Shown here piece by piece: positions 45,833 through 57,801 of a stretch of DNA of 64,000 nucleotides. The stretch is from positions 16,913 to 80,912 of the forward strand of contig JAIYAZ010000015.1 in assembly GCA_027488755.1 (NCBI GenBank), read 5' to 3'. This stretch comes from Verrucomicrobiaceae bacterium. GTDB taxonomy: Bacteria; Verrucomicrobiota; Verrucomicrobiia; Chthoniobacterales; JAATET01. The translations under genes were made by a program, and so were the position numbers. Under the pieces are notes generated by a model. That model was not told the DNA's origin. It was given only the letters and a program-made list of their open reading frames with translations, and did no database searches. Within the stretch, counting starts at the first letter, position 1, and every line of letters starts with the position of its first letter.

Positions 45833-46321
45833 CTAGGCCAGCTTGCTCTTCAATGCGGCGGCGGTCTGAGCGCGGCGGAAGGCCGCGAGCGCCGCACGAA
45901 TCGGCGCATGCTCCGGCGCGAGCAGCTCGGCGGCAAAGATGGCGGCGTTTTTGGCCCCGGCGACGCCGATGGCAAAGGTCGCGACGGGCACCCCGGCCGG
46001 CATTTGCACGATGGAGAGCAGGGAGTCCATGCCCTTGAGCGCGCGGCTTTCCACCGGCACGCCGAGCACGGGCACCGTGGTGTGGGCGGCCAGCATGCCC
46101 GGAAGGTGCGCGGCCCCGCCGGCTCCGGCGATGATCGCCCGCAGGCCGCGGCGCGACGCCGACTTCGCGTAGCTGGCCAGCAAATCCGGGGTGCGATGCG
46201 CCGAAACCACCCGGCGCTCGTGTGGCACGTCTAATGCTTCCAGCAACTTTGTCGCTTCCTGCATCGTGTCCCAATCCGAACTGCTTCCCATCACGACGCC
46301 GACGAGCGGTTTCTTCTCCAT
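45833..46321 (-). CDS. purE: 5-(carboxyamino)imidazole ribonucleotide mutase
   Basis: Contains [21 protein letters not shown] and [10 protein letters not shown]. Confidence 0.95.
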   Translation of the reverse strand: MEKKPLVGVVMGSSSDWDTMQEATKLLEALDVPHERRVVSAHRTPDLLASYAKSASRRGLRAIIAGAGGAAHLPGMLAAHTTVPVLGVPVESRALKGMDSLLSIVQMPAGVPVATFAIGVAGAKNAAIFAAELLAPEHAPIRAALAAFRRAQTAAALKSKLA

Positions 46322-46453
46322 CCCCTGTGTATATGCGGATTGTTGTGAATTTTGTAGCGAATAACCGATGGACGACCGGAGGTCGCGCCGTTTAGGGCAA
46401 ACCCAGTCCGCAGAGTGCGCAAGGACCTCGGGCGAAATGTGTAATCAGGATTT

Positions 46454-46657
46454 ATGGCTCGCGGAACGGTAAAGTGGTTCAACGATAAGAAGGGCTTTGG
46501 CTTTCTGGTCGATCCGGCGGTGGACGGGGATATCTTCGTGCATTTCTCGGCCATCCAGACCAACGGCTTCAAAACGCTCAAGGAGGGCGAGGAGGTCGAA
46601 TACGAACTCTACCAGGACGAAAAAGGTTCCCGCGCCCGGAACGTCCTGCGAATGTAG
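46454..46657 (+). CDS. cold-shock protein (CspA family)
   Basis: Reads [18 protein letters not shown] (RNP1) ... DIFVHFS (RNP2). An AGGA sits 3 nt upstream of the ATG. A 132-nt relatively AT-rich region is shared with divergent purE. Confidence 0.95.
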   Translation: MARGTVKWFNDKKGFGFLVDPAVDGDIFVHFSAIQTNGFKTLKEGEEVEYELYQDEKGSRARNVLRM

Positions 46658-48406
<1,749 letters not shown>

Positions 48407-48430
48407 TCCCGTCGCTTAAAAATCAACGCA

Positions 48431-48479
48431 GAAAAGGGGAAAAGGAGCCATCAACTCCCTTTCCCCTTTTCCTTTTTCC
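48431..48479 (+). terminator. internal hairpin plus U-tract between gap and pgk (partial terminator/attenuator candidate)
   Basis: Arms gaaaaggggaaaaggag (48431-48447) and ctccctttccccttttc (48455-48471) are 16/17 complementary with a 7-nt loop. CTTTTTCC follows, ending 10 nt before the pgk ATG. Confidence 0.5.
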
Positions 48480-48488
48480 ACTCTCACC

Positions 48489-49733
48489 ATGGCTAAAAAA
48501 ACCATCAAAGACCTCGACCTCGCCGGCAAACGCGTCTTCATCCGCGTGGACTTCAACGTCCCGCAGGACAAGCAAACCGGCGAAATCACCAACACCCAGC
48601 GCATCGTCGCCGCGCTGCCCACGATCCAGCACGCGCTCGCCCAGGGCGCCTCGGTCGTGCTCGCCTCGCACCTCGGCCGCCCGAACGGCCAGAAAACCCC
48701 GAAATACTCCCTCAAACCCGTCGCCGCCAAGCTCGAGGAACTCCTCGGCCAGCCGGTGAAATTCCTCGACGACTGCGTCGGACCCGAAGTCGAAGCCGCC
48801 GTCGCCGCCCTCCAGCCCGGCGAAGTCGCCCTGCTCGAAAACGTCCGCTTCCACATCGAGGAGGAGGGCAAGGCCAAGGACGCCGACGGTAACTCCGTGA
48901 AGGCCGATCCCGCCAAGGTCGCCGCCTTCCGCGCCAGCCTCACGAAACTCGCCGACGTCTACGTGAACGACGCCTTCGGCACCTCCCACCGCGCCCATTC
49001 CTCCGTCGTCGGCATTGACGTTCCGGACAAGGTCGCCGGCCTCCTCGTGGAGAAGGAACTCGCCGCCTTCGGTGCCGTTCTCGACCACCCGCAGCGCCCG
49101 CTCCTCGCGATCCTCGGCGGCGCGAAGATCGCCGACAAAATCCCGCTCATCCGCAACCTCCTCGACAAGGCCGACGAAATCATCATCGGCGGCGGCATGG
49201 CCTACACCTTCCTTAAGGTTCTCAACGGCATGGAAATCGGCAACAGCCTCTACGACGCCGCCGGTGCCGAGATCATCCCCGACCTCATCGCCAAGGCCGG
49301 CGAAAAGGGCGTGCAGATCCACCTCCCCGTGGACTTCATCACCGCCGACAAGTTTGCCCCCGATGCGAACACCGGCACCGCCACCGTCGAAAGCGGCATC
49401 CCCGCCGGCTGGGAAGGTCTCGACGTGGGCCCGAAGAGCCGCGCGCTCTTCGCCGAAGTGATCGGCCGCGCCAAAACCATCGTCTGGAACGGCCCCGCGG
49501 GCGTGTTTGAATTCGACGCCTTCGCCGAGGGCACGAAATCCATGGCCGCCGCCATCGCCGCCGCCACCCAGGCCGGCGCGACCACCGTCGTGGGCGGAGG
49601 CGACACCGCCACCGCCGCGAAGAAATTTGGCGTGATCGACAAAGTCACCCACGCCTCCACCGGCGGCGGAGCCTCCCTCGAACTCCTCGAGGGCAAAACT
49701 CTCCCCGGCGTCGCCAACCTCAACGAACAATAA
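48489..49733 (+). CDS. pgk: phosphoglycerate kinase
   Basis: Contains ..[12 protein letters not shown].., ..ASHLGRP.., ..GGGMAYTF.., ..WNGPAGVFE.., ..GGGDT... Confidence 0.95.
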   Translation: MAKKTIKDLDLAGKRVFIRVDFNVPQDKQTGEITNTQRIVAALPTIQHALAQGASVVLASHLGRPNGQKTPKYSLKPVAAKLEELLGQPVKFLDDCVGPEVEAAVAALQPGEVALLENVRFHIEEEGKAKDADGNSVKADPAKVAAFRASLTKLADVYVNDAFGTSHRAHSSVVGIDVPDKVAGLLVEKELAAFGAVLDHPQRPLLAILGGAKIADKIPLIRNLLDKADEIIIGGGMAYTFLKVLNGMEIGNSLYDAAGAEIIPDLIAKAGEKGVQIHLPVDFITADKFAPDANTGTATVESGIPAGWEGLDVGPKSRALFAEVIGRAKTIVWNGPAGVFEFDAFAEGTKSMAAAIAAATQAGATTVVGGGDTATAAKKFGVIDKVTHASTGGGASLELLEGKTLPGVANLNEQ

Positions 49734-49738
49734 TTCCC

Positions 49739-50509
49739 ATGGGCACCCGTCGAAAAATCATCGCGGCGAACTGGAAGATGAACCAGACCATCGCCGAAAC
49801 CGAATCCTTCCTGAACGACTTCCGCCTCGAGGTGGAGGACGTCTCCGGCGTGGACATCATCATCGCCCCGCCCTTCACCGCCCTCGCCAAGCTCTCCGAG
49901 CTCCTCGGCGGTTCGCAGAAAATCCGCACGGCCGCGCAGAACTTCTACTACGAGAAGTCCGGCGCATTCACCGGCGAGATCAGCGCGACGATGCTCCGCG
50001 AGCTCTACGTGAAATACGTCATCCTCGGCCACAGCGAGCGCCGCTCGCTCTTCGGCGAGACCGACGCCCTCATCAACAAAAAGGTCCACGCGGCCCTCGA
50101 GTCCGAGCTCAAGCCCATCCTCTGCATCGGCGAAACCCTCGCCGAACGTGAGGCCGGCCGGGAAAAGGAAATCATCGCCACCCAGCTCCGAGGCAGCCTC
50201 GCCGGAATCTCCGCCGAGCAACTTCTCGAGGTCGTCATCGCCTACGAGCCCGTCTGGGCCATCGGCACCGGCGTCACCGCCTCGACCGCCCAGGCGCAGG
50301 ATGCCCACGCCCACGTGCGCGCCGTCCTCGCGGAACTCACCGACGCCGCCACGGCCGACAAGGTGCGCATCCAATACGGCGGCAGCGTGAAGCCGAACAA
50401 CGCCGCGGAACTCCTCGCCCAACCCGACATCGACGGCGCCCTCGTCGGCGGCGCGAGCCTCGATCCCCGCAGCTTTGCGGAGATCGTCAAAGCCGGCGGA
50501 CGCGACTAA
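49739..50509 (+). CDS. tpiA: triose-phosphate isomerase
   Basis: Contains ..IIAANWKMN.., ..VILGHSERR.., ..IAYEPVWAIGTG.., ..IQYGGSVKP... Confidence 0.95.
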   Translation: MGTRRKIIAANWKMNQTIAETESFLNDFRLEVEDVSGVDIIIAPPFTALAKLSELLGGSQKIRTAAQNFYYEKSGAFTGEISATMLRELYVKYVILGHSERRSLFGETDALINKKVHAALESELKPILCIGETLAEREAGREKEIIATQLRGSLAGISAEQLLEVVIAYEPVWAIGTGVTASTAQAQDAHAHVRAVLAELTDAATADKVRIQYGGSVKPNNAAELLAQPDIDGALVGGASLDPRSFAEIVKAGGRD

Positions 50510-50537
50510 ATCCGCGACGTCCCCCGCTTCACCCTTC

Positions 50538-50576
50538 GCGCGGCTCCGGTTCCCCCGGGGCCGCGCTTTTTTGTTT
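50538..50576 (+). terminator. intrinsic terminator of the gap-pgk-tpiA operon
   Basis: A 12-bp stem, gcgcggctccgg paired with ccggggccgcgc (one G-U pair), has a 5-nt loop and is followed by TTTTTTGTTT. The T-run abuts the stop of the convergent pfkB-family gene. Confidence 0.7.
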
Positions 50577-51489
50577 AGATCGCCTCGAAGGCGCTCATCC
50601 GCTGGAAGAGCCGGTAACGCTCGGCAATGTCGTCCTCGGTCACCGTCCGCAGGCGCTCCAGGCTGAACTTCTCGACGTTGTAGCTCGCCAGCACACTGCC
50701 GTAGACGACCGCGCGGCGCAGGTCTTCAAACGTGATCCCGCCCCCGGCGAACCGGCTGAGGCAGCCCGCCAGCCCGCCCGCAAACGTGTCGCCGGCCCCC
50801 GTCGGATCGTGAATGTCCTCGAGCGGAAACGCCGGGCAGCTGAAGAATTCCCCTTCCCCGAAAAGAAGGCAGCCGTGCTCGCCTTTCTTGATCGCGACGA
50901 ACTTCGGACCCATGGCCTGGATCGCCTTGCCGGCCCGGATCAGGCTCGTGTCGCCGGTCAACTGCCGCGCCTCGCCGTCGTTGAGGATCAGCATGTCCAC
51001 CCGGGCGAGCAGGGAAATCAGCTCGTCCTTCGCGATGTTGATCCATAAATCCATCGTGTCCGCGATGATGAACTTCGGGGCGCGAATCTGGTCCAGCACG
51101 TGATGCTGCAGCCCGGGCGCAATGTTCGCGAGCAGCACAATCGGCGTCGCGCGATACGTCTCGGGCAGCGTCGGCGTGAAGGTTTCGAAGACGTTCAACT
51201 CCACCGAACGCGTCTCCCGGGTGTTCAGGTCCCACATGTATTCCCCCGACCAGCGGAAGGTCTTGCCCGCCGCGGTCTGCAGGCCCGCAAGGTCAATCCC
51301 CCGGCGCTCAAACAGCTCCACGTGCGCGCGGGGAAAATCGTCGCCCACCACGCCCACAAGATTCACCGGGGCGAAAAAACTGGCGGCCACCGCAGCGTAG
51401 GAGGCCGATCCCCCGAGCAGGTCGGCGTGTTCCTCCAGGGGGGTCTTGATGGTGTCGAGCGCGATGGATCCAACAACGAGAACGGACAT
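50575..51489 (-). CDS. PfkB-family carbohydrate/nucleoside kinase
   Basis: Reads MSVLVVGSIALDTI.. (N-terminal GG/di-Gly region), ..LILNDGEA.. and the C-terminal DPTGAGDTFAGG anion-hole motif. Confidence 0.8.
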   Translation of the reverse strand: MSVLVVGSIALDTIKTPLEEHADLLGGSASYAAVAASFFAPVNLVGVVGDDFPRAHVELFERRGIDLAGLQTAAGKTFRWSGEYMWDLNTRETRSVELNVFETFTPTLPETYRATPIVLLANIAPGLQHHVLDQIRAPKFIIADTMDLWINIAKDELISLLARVDMLILNDGEARQLTGDTSLIRAGKAIQAMGPKFVAIKKGEHGCLLFGEGEFFSCPAFPLEDIHDPTGAGDTFAGGLAGCLSRFAGGGITFEDLRRAVVYGSVLASYNVEKFSLERLRTVTEDDIAERYRLFQRMSAFEAI

Positions 51490-51546
51490 AGCGCGTCAGG
51501 ATGCGGAACCGACGCGGAATTTGGCGAGGCAAAAACCGCGCGCCGC

Positions 51547-54500
51547 TCAGGCCGTCGCCCGACGGGGCGGGTGCTCCTGCGCAAAGCGCTGCAGCACCTC
51601 GGCGAGCGCATCGCGCCGGATCGGCTTGGCCAGAAAATCATTCATGCCGACCGCCTGGCAGCGATCCCGGTCCTCCGCCATCACGTGCGCCGTCAGCGCC
51701 ACGATCCACGCCCCCTCGCCCCGCGCCCGCAGGCGTTCGGCAGTTTCGTAGCCATCCATTCCCGGCATCTGGATGTCCATGAAGATCAGGTCGTAGGGCG
51801 TCTCCGCGTTGGCCTTGAGGCACTCCTGGCCGCCGCTGGCCACCTCGGCGGAATAACCCAGATTGGCCAGCATGCGCACGATGAGCTTCTGGTTCACCGC
51901 ATTGTCCTCCACGACCAGCACTCGCGCCGGCCGCAGCACCGCCGGCAGCAGGGCATCCCCGTCCGCCGCGGGCTTCGGTCCGACGTCACCGGGGACCGGC
52001 ATCCCGGCACCCCCGAGGCAACGAATGACCGCCGCGCGAAAATCCTCGGAATGCACCGGCTTGGCAATCCGTCCCCACTCCGAGGCGAGCAGGCGCGGCG
52101 CCTCCGCCTGCGGCGCTCCCAGCGGCTGCAGGCACAGCAGCGGCAAATTGCATTCGGCGGCCAGCGATTGCACCTCCGCCTCGAGCGCCGGCTGCCCGAG
52201 ATCGAGCACGACCAAACCCAGGCGCACATCCCCCGCCAGCGCCGTCCGCACCTCGGCAACCCCCGGCGCGACCATCGCCCGCAATCCCCCCGCATCCAGC
52301 TCCCCGCTGAGCTTCCGCGCCAGCGTGGGATTCGCCACCGCCAAAAGCACCGTCTGCCCCGGAGCCACCGGCCAAGGCGGCGAAACCACGGCCTCCTCCC
52401 GGCGCCGGCGCAGCCGCACCGAAAACGTGAACGTGGTGCCATTCCCGGGCCGGCTCGTGACGCTGATCTGCCCCCCCATCGCGCCCACCAACCGGCGGCA
52501 AATCGCCAGCCCGAGACCGGAGCCGCCGTATCGGCGCGACATCGAACTGTCCGCCTGCACAAACGGCTCAAACAACCGCTCCAGCTTCTCCGGCGCAATG
52601 CCGATGCCCGAGTCGCTCACCGTGAAATCCAGCCCGATGCCATCCTGATCCACCCAGCCCAGCCGGCACGTCACCACCACCTCGCCCACCTCGGTGAACT
52701 TCACCGCGTTGCCAACCAGGTTGGACACCACCTGCCGCAGCCGGCCCGGATCCCCGATCACCTGCCGCGGCAACCCCTCGCCAAACTCCGCGATCAACTC
52801 CACCCGCTTCGCGAACGCCCGGGTCGCGTGCACGTCCAGCACACCCTCGACGCAGTTCCGCAGATCAAAGGCCCGCGCCTCCAGGTCCAGCCGGCCGGAC
52901 TCCATCCGCGAGAAGTCCAGAATATCGTCGATGATCGTCAGCAACGAATCGCCGCAATGCGCAATCGTCCGCAGATAGTCGAGCTGGGTCTGATCCAGTT
53001 TCGTGTGCAGCAGCAGATTCGAAAATCCCAGCACGCCGTTGAGCGGCGTGCGGATTTCGTGACTCATCACCGCCAGGAAATCGCTCTTCGCGCGGTTGGC
53101 CGCCTCCGCCGCATCCCTCGCCGCAATCAACTCCAGCTCCGCCTGCCGCCGCTGCGTGATGTCCGCCAGCGTGCCCTGCGTGCCCACGATGCGGCCCGCG
53201 GCATCCCGACGCGCCCGGCACACCCCCGCCAGCCAAAGGATGCGCCCGTCCGCGTGAACCACCCGCATCGTCAACTCCTCGCTCCCGCCGCCCGCGATCT
53301 GCGACTCATGGAGCTGCCGCCGCCGCGCCTGATCCTCGGGCGCCACAAAATCCAGACCCGCGCAGCCAAGGCTCTCCGCCACCGGCTGCCCGGTGATCCG
53401 CTCCCACGCGGAGTTCAGGAACACAAAGCGATCCTCCCGGTCCGTCTGAAACACAATCAGGTCGAGCGATTCCACGAGATCGCGATACTTCGCCTCGCTG
53501 AGCATGAGGTCATCCTGCGCGCGCCGGATTTCGCGCAGATCGTGAAACACCACGAGCAGCACCGGTCGTCCACCGATGGAAACATGCGTCTTGCCGACCT
53601 CCACCGGCACCAGGCCGCCCGCCCCGTCCAGCCGGCGCAAATCCTGCCGCTCCGTGGGCGGCACCCCGTCGGGGGAAAACCCCGCCGCCGGCTCGGTGAA
53701 CTCCGGCCAGAACGCCCGCACGGAACTCCCCACCACCCGCTCCTTTTCGTCGCCGCCGATCAGCGTCAGCGCGGCCGCGTTGCAGTCCAACACCGTCTCC
53801 CCGTCGATCAGCAAATGCGGCTCCGTGGTGCCCTCGAAAATCACCCGGAAGCGCTCGTCGCTCAGCCGCCGCTGCGTGATGTCCAGCATCACGCCGTCCA
53901 TCGCGTCCGGCATCCCATCCCGACCAAACGTCAGCACGCCGCGATCCGACACCCACACGTAACCCCCCGCCCGGTGGCGGACGCGATACTCCGCGGAAAA
54001 AATGTGGCGGTTCGCCTTCGCCGAGACAAACACCGCGCCCACCCGCGCCCGATCATCCGGATGCATCGTCTCGATCCACGCGCTTTCGTTCGCATCCATC
54101 TCCCCGGGAGGAAAGCCGAGCAACTCCTCCGTCCCGCCGCTGTATTCAATGCGGTCCGCCCGCAGATCATGGTGGTAAACCACCTCACCCAGCGCCTCAA
54201 TGAGCAGCGCCTGCCGCGTCTCCGCCGCCTGCCAGGCCGCCTGCGCGCCCAACCGCGCCCGCTCGACCTGCAGCGAGCGCCGCCGCACATTCCACACCAC
54301 CAGCCCCAGCAACGCCGCGCCCACCGCCGCAAACCCCAGCCCCGAATACGCCGTCACCCGGCTCTGCTGCAGCCGCTGCGCCAGGTAACTCGCATCCAGG
54401 TCCACGCCGAGCGCACCCGCCGGCCGCCCCCGTGCATCAAAGATGGGCGCCAGCGCCGTGAGAAACGTCCCAAACTCATCCCGCGTCGGCTCGTCGGAAA

Positions 54501-55014
54501 CATACGAAAACCCCTCCCGCACCGCGCCCGCCTCCCGGACATCCTCCCCCGGCGAGTCGCTCGCATACGGATCCATCACCCCCGATGGCTCCATTGGCCG
54601 GTTGAACCCCAGCCGCGCCGCCTGCGTGGCCGTATCCAGCACAAAGAACAATTTCCCGTCCCGCTCCACGAACGAATACATGTAGGCCACATCCGGAATC
54701 CGGCTGTGCAGCTTCACCAGCGGCTCGATCAGGGCCCGATACTCCGGCGAGTCCGTCTGCGCGGCCTCCGTCAGCGCCCGGTGCCGGTCCCCGTCCACCA
54801 GCGACGCGCCGGCATTCGCAAACCGCAGCAAATCACTCCGCACCAGCGTGAGCATCGAGTCCCGCGAAAAATGGTCGATCAGCAGAATGCAGAACGCCGA
54901 CGAAAAAAACACCAGCGCCGCCGCCACCACCCCGTCGCGCACCGGTCGCACCGGAAACGCCGGCAACCCAGGTGGCCGGGCGCGCTTCATCAACTGTGCC
55001 GCTTTGCGTCTCAC
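51547..55014 (-). CDS. hybrid sensor histidine kinase / response regulator (periplasmic sensor, PAS x3, HisKA, HATPase, REC-like, REC)
   Basis: Two TM segments flank a periplasmic domain of about 190 aa. Three PAS-like blocks follow. H-box FLAVMSHEIRTPLNG, then the ATPase N/G boxes (..NLVGNAVKFT.., ..DSGIGI.., ..GGSGLGLAI..). The terminal receiver reads VLVVEDNAVNQ...DLIFMDIQMPGMDG...LAKPI. Confidence 0.9.
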   Translation of the reverse strand: MRRKAAQLMKRARPPGLPAFPVRPVRDGVVAAALVFFSSAFCILLIDHFSRDSMLTLVRSDLLRFANAGASLVDGDRHRALTEAAQTDSPEYRALIEPLVKLHSRIPDVAYMYSFVERDGKLFFVLDTATQAARLGFNRPMEPSGVMDPYASDSPGEDVREAGAVREGFSYVSDEPTRDEFGTFLTALAPIFDARGRPAGALGVDLDASYLAQRLQQSRVTAYSGLGFAAVGAALLGLVVWNVRRRSLQVERARLGAQAAWQAAETRQALLIEALGEVVYHHDLRADRIEYSGGTEELLGFPPGEMDANESAWIETMHPDDRARVGAVFVSAKANRHIFSAEYRVRHRAGGYVWVSDRGVLTFGRDGMPDAMDGVMLDITQRRLSDERFRVIFEGTTEPHLLIDGETVLDCNAAALTLIGGDEKERVVGSSVRAFWPEFTEPAAGFSPDGVPPTERQDLRRLDGAGGLVPVEVGKTHVSIGGRPVLLVVFHDLREIRRAQDDLMLSEAKYRDLVESLDLIVFQTDREDRFVFLNSAWERITGQPVAESLGCAGLDFVAPEDQARRRQLHESQIAGGGSEELTMRVVHADGRILWLAGVCRARRDAAGRIVGTQGTLADITQRRQAELELIAARDAAEAANRAKSDFLAVMSHEIRTPLNGVLGFSNLLLHTKLDQTQLDYLRTIAHCGDSLLTIIDDILDFSRMESGRLDLEARAFDLRNCVEGVLDVHATRAFAKRVELIAEFGEGLPRQVIGDPGRLRQVVSNLVGNAVKFTEVGEVVVTCRLGWVDQDGIGLDFTVSDSGIGIAPEKLERLFEPFVQADSSMSRRYGGSGLGLAICRRLVGAMGGQISVTSRPGNGTTFTFSVRLRRRREEAVVSPPWPVAPGQTVLLAVANPTLARKLSGELDAGGLRAMVAPGVAEVRTALAGDVRLGLVVLDLGQPALEAEVQSLAAECNLPLLCLQPLGAPQAEAPRLLASEWGRIAKPVHSEDFRAAVIRCLGGAGMPVPGDVGPKPAADGDALLPAVLRPARVLVVEDNAVNQKLIVRMLANLGYSAEVASGGQECLKANAETPYDLIFMDIQMPGMDGYETAERLRARGEGAWIVALTAHVMAEDRDRCQAVGMNDFLAKPIRRDALAEVLQRFAQEHPPRRATA

Positions 55015-55171
55015 CCCGGCACCTCATTAGGCAAATCCCCCCGCCAACGCAAGTGGGCTGGAACGCCGCCTGCTTCTGACTTCCCCCCATGGCCTCCCCG
55101 GACCGTTCCCGACCCGCCCGCGACTTGGGATTGCACCCGGCCCGCGAAATCCCTACGCAAACGAGCGCGCG

Positions 55172-56239
55172 ATGATCTCGATCACCATTGAAAACCTGGT
55201 CAAAAAGTTCGGCGACAACGTCGCGCTCAACGGCGTGAGCTTCCGCATCGAGCCCGGAGAGATTTTTTTCCTCCTCGGCCCCAGCGGCTGCGGCAAGACC
55301 ACCCTCCTCCGCAACATCGCCGGATTCTACATCCCCGAGGCCGGCCGCATCCTCTTCGGCGACGAGGACGTCACCACCCTTCCGCCCCACAAACGCAACA
55401 CCGGCATGATGTTCCAGAGCTACGCCCTCTGGCCTCACCTCACCGTCGCGGAAAACGTCGCCTTCGGCCTCGTCGAACGCCGCGTCCCCCGCGCCGAGAT
55501 CCAGCAACGCGTCACCGCCGCGCTCGAATCCGTCCGCATGGCCGCCTACGCCAGCCGCAAGATCGCCCAACTTTCCGGCGGCCAGCAGCAGCGCGTCGCC
55601 CTCGCCCGCGCCCTCGTCATCCGGCCCCGCGCCCTCCTCCTCGACGAACCCCTCTCCAACCTCGACGCCAAACTCCGGCTCGAAATGCGCACCGAAATCC
55701 GCCGCGTCTGCAAGGAATTCGGCCTCACCGCCATCTACGTCACCCACGACCAAAAAGAGGCCCTCTCCATCTCCGACCGCATGGCCATCCTCGAAGGCGG
55801 GCACATCGCACAAATCGGCGACCCGCAGACCGTCTACCGCCGCCCGCGCTCCCGGGTCGTCGCCGACTTCATCGGCGAAACCAACTTCATCGAAGGCACC
55901 ATCCTAGACGCCACCACCGTCGAAACCCCGCTCGGCGTCTTCCGCGGCGTCGTCGCCGATCCCGACTGGACCCCGCGCGCCGGCGAAACCGCCACCCTCT
56001 CGATCCGCCCCGAAGCCTGGCGCATCCAGGAATCCCGCCCGCCCGAAAACGCCGCCGCCGGCCGCATCGGCGAAAGCATCTACCTCGGCGAGGTCGCCCA
56101 GTATCAATTCCTCCCCGCCGCCTCCGCCGCCCCCGCGCTCAAAATCTTCGAGCTCAACCCCGACCTCGCCCGCCGCCCGCTGGATCGCGAGCTCCACGCG
56201 ACCGCCGCCCCCGACGACGTCGTGATCCTGCGCCAATGA
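55172..56239 (+). CDS. ABC transporter ATP-binding protein (PotA/FbpC-type importer ATPase)
   Basis: Contains [10 protein letters not shown]-loop [37 protein letters not shown] and VTHD. It has a C-terminal TOBE-like domain. Confidence 0.9.
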   Translation: MISITIENLVKKFGDNVALNGVSFRIEPGEIFFLLGPSGCGKTTLLRNIAGFYIPEAGRILFGDEDVTTLPPHKRNTGMMFQSYALWPHLTVAENVAFGLVERRVPRAEIQQRVTAALESVRMAAYASRKIAQLSGGQQQRVALARALVIRPRALLLDEPLSNLDAKLRLEMRTEIRRVCKEFGLTAIYVTHDQKEALSISDRMAILEGGHIAQIGDPQTVYRRPRSRVVADFIGETNFIEGTILDATTVETPLGVFRGVVADPDWTPRAGETATLSIRPEAWRIQESRPPENAAAGRIGESIYLGEVAQYQFLPAASAAPALKIFELNPDLARRPLDRELHATAAPDDVVILRQ

Positions 56240-57801
56240 CGCTCCGTCTCGTCCTCATCGCGGTCGCCCTCGCCGCGATCGTCGGCCTGCCCTTCGCCCT
56301 CAAGCCCAAGGCCAGCCTGCTCGCCGCCGCGGACGACACCCTCGTCATCATCTCCCCCCACAACGAGGCCATCCGCTCCGAGTTCGCCCGCGCCTTCGGC
56401 GAACACTACCACGCCCAAACCGGCCGCACCGTCCGCATCGACTGGCGCAACGTCGGCGGCACCAGCGAAATCGCCCGCTACCTCCAGGGCGAATTCTTCA
56501 ACGCCTTCCAGCGCGAATGGACCGCCTCCGGACGCCCGTGGACCGCCGCCGTCGCCTCCAGCTTCGCCAGCCCGAAACCCACCGACCCCGCCGCCCGCGA
56601 AGCCTTCCTCGCCTCGAACGTCGGTATCGGCATCGACCTCTTCTTCGGCGGCGGCGCCTACGACTTTCTCATGCAGGCCCGCGCCGGCACCCTCGTCGAC
56701 AGCGGCATCCTCACCGCGCACCCCGACTGGTTCACCGACGCCATCATCCCGCGCTCCGTCTCCGGCGAACCCTTCTACGACCCCGAGGGCCGCTGGATCG
56801 GCACCTGCCTCTCCTCCTTCGGCATCTGCTACAACTCCGACAGCCTTCGCCGCCTCGGCGTCACCACCCTCCCCGCCGGCTGGAACGACCTCACCAACCC
56901 CCGCTTCGTCAAGCAGGTCGCCCTCGCCGACCCCAGCAAAAGCGGCTCCATCGCCAAAGCCTTCGAGATGATCATCCAGCAGCAGATGCAGGAAGTCGTC
57001 GGCGCCGGCAACGCGACCGACACCGCCCTCGCCGAAGGCTGGCAGCGCGGCCTCCAGCTCATCCTCAAAGCCTCCGCCAACGCCCGCTACTTCGCCGACG
57101 CCGCGCCGAAGGTCCCGCTCGACGTCTCCCTCGGCGACGCCGCCATCGGCATGTGCATCGACTTCTACGGCCGCTACCAGAGCGAGTCCGTCCGCATCGG
57201 CGACCAACCCTCGCGCCTCCAGTATTTCACCCCCGTCGGCGGCTCCTCCGTCGGCGTGGACCCCATCGGTTTGCTCCGCGGCGCGCCCAACCCCGAAGTC
57301 GCCCGCGCCTTCATCGCCTTCGTCCTCTCGCTCGAGGGCCAGAAGCTCTGGAACTTCAAGGTCGGCGCCCCCGGCGGCCCCGTCCGCTACGCCCTCCGCC
57401 GCCTCCCCATCCGCAAGGACCTCTACGCCCCCCAATACGCCGCCGACCGCTCCGACCCCGACGTCTTCCCCTACGAGGAAGCCAAGGCCTTCACCTACCA
57501 CGAGGAATGGACCGGCCCGCTCTTCTCCGCCCTCCGCTTCATCATCCGCGTCAGCTGCCTCGACCCCCACGAGGAGCAATCCACCGCCTGGAAGGCCCTC
57601 ATCGCCGCCGGCTTCCCGCCGCAGGCCACCGCCACCTTCCTCGACGTCTCGGCCATCGACTACGCCACCGCCAAAAACGTCATCCGCCCCGCGCTCCGCG
57701 GCTCCACCCCGCTCGCCGAGGTGGAACTCGCCCGCAACCTCGGCGAACACTTCCGCCAGCAATACCGCAAAGCCACCCAACTCGCGAAGGAGGGCAAATG
57801 A
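56236..57801 (+). CDS. ABC transporter periplasmic substrate-binding protein (family-1 SBP, iron(III)/polyamine-like)
   Basis: N-terminal anchor/signal [26 protein letters not shown]-coupled on both sides within the ABC operon. The ligand cannot be called from sequence alone. Confidence 0.7.
   Translation: MTLRLVLIAVALAAIVGLPFALKPKASLLAAADDTLVIISPHNEAIRSEFARAFGEHYHAQTGRTVRIDWRNVGGTSEIARYLQGEFFNAFQREWTASGRPWTAAVASSFASPKPTDPAAREAFLASNVGIGIDLFFGGGAYDFLMQARAGTLVDSGILTAHPDWFTDAIIPRSVSGEPFYDPEGRWIGTCLSSFGICYNSDSLRRLGVTTLPAGWNDLTNPRFVKQVALADPSKSGSIAKAFEMIIQQQMQEVVGAGNATDTALAEGWQRGLQLILKASANARYFADAAPKVPLDVSLGDAAIGMCIDFYGRYQSESVRIGDQPSRLQYFTPVGGSSVGVDPIGLLRGAPNPEVARAFIAFVLSLEGQKLWNFKVGAPGGPVRYALRRLPIRKDLYAPQYAADRSDPDVFPYEEAKAFTYHEEWTGPLFSALRFIIRVSCLDPHEEQSTAWKALIAAGFPPQATATFLDVSAIDYATAKNVIRPALRGSTPLAEVELARNLGEHFRQQYRKATQLAKEGK

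Noticed and set aside
51100-55191. 1363-aa ORF on the plus strand, the longest in the track
   Set aside because: It is entirely antisense to the well-supported hybrid histidine kinase gene. Its translation is an Arg/Pro/His/Gln-rich low-complexity string with no motifs. This is the typical shadow ORF of a high-GC gene.
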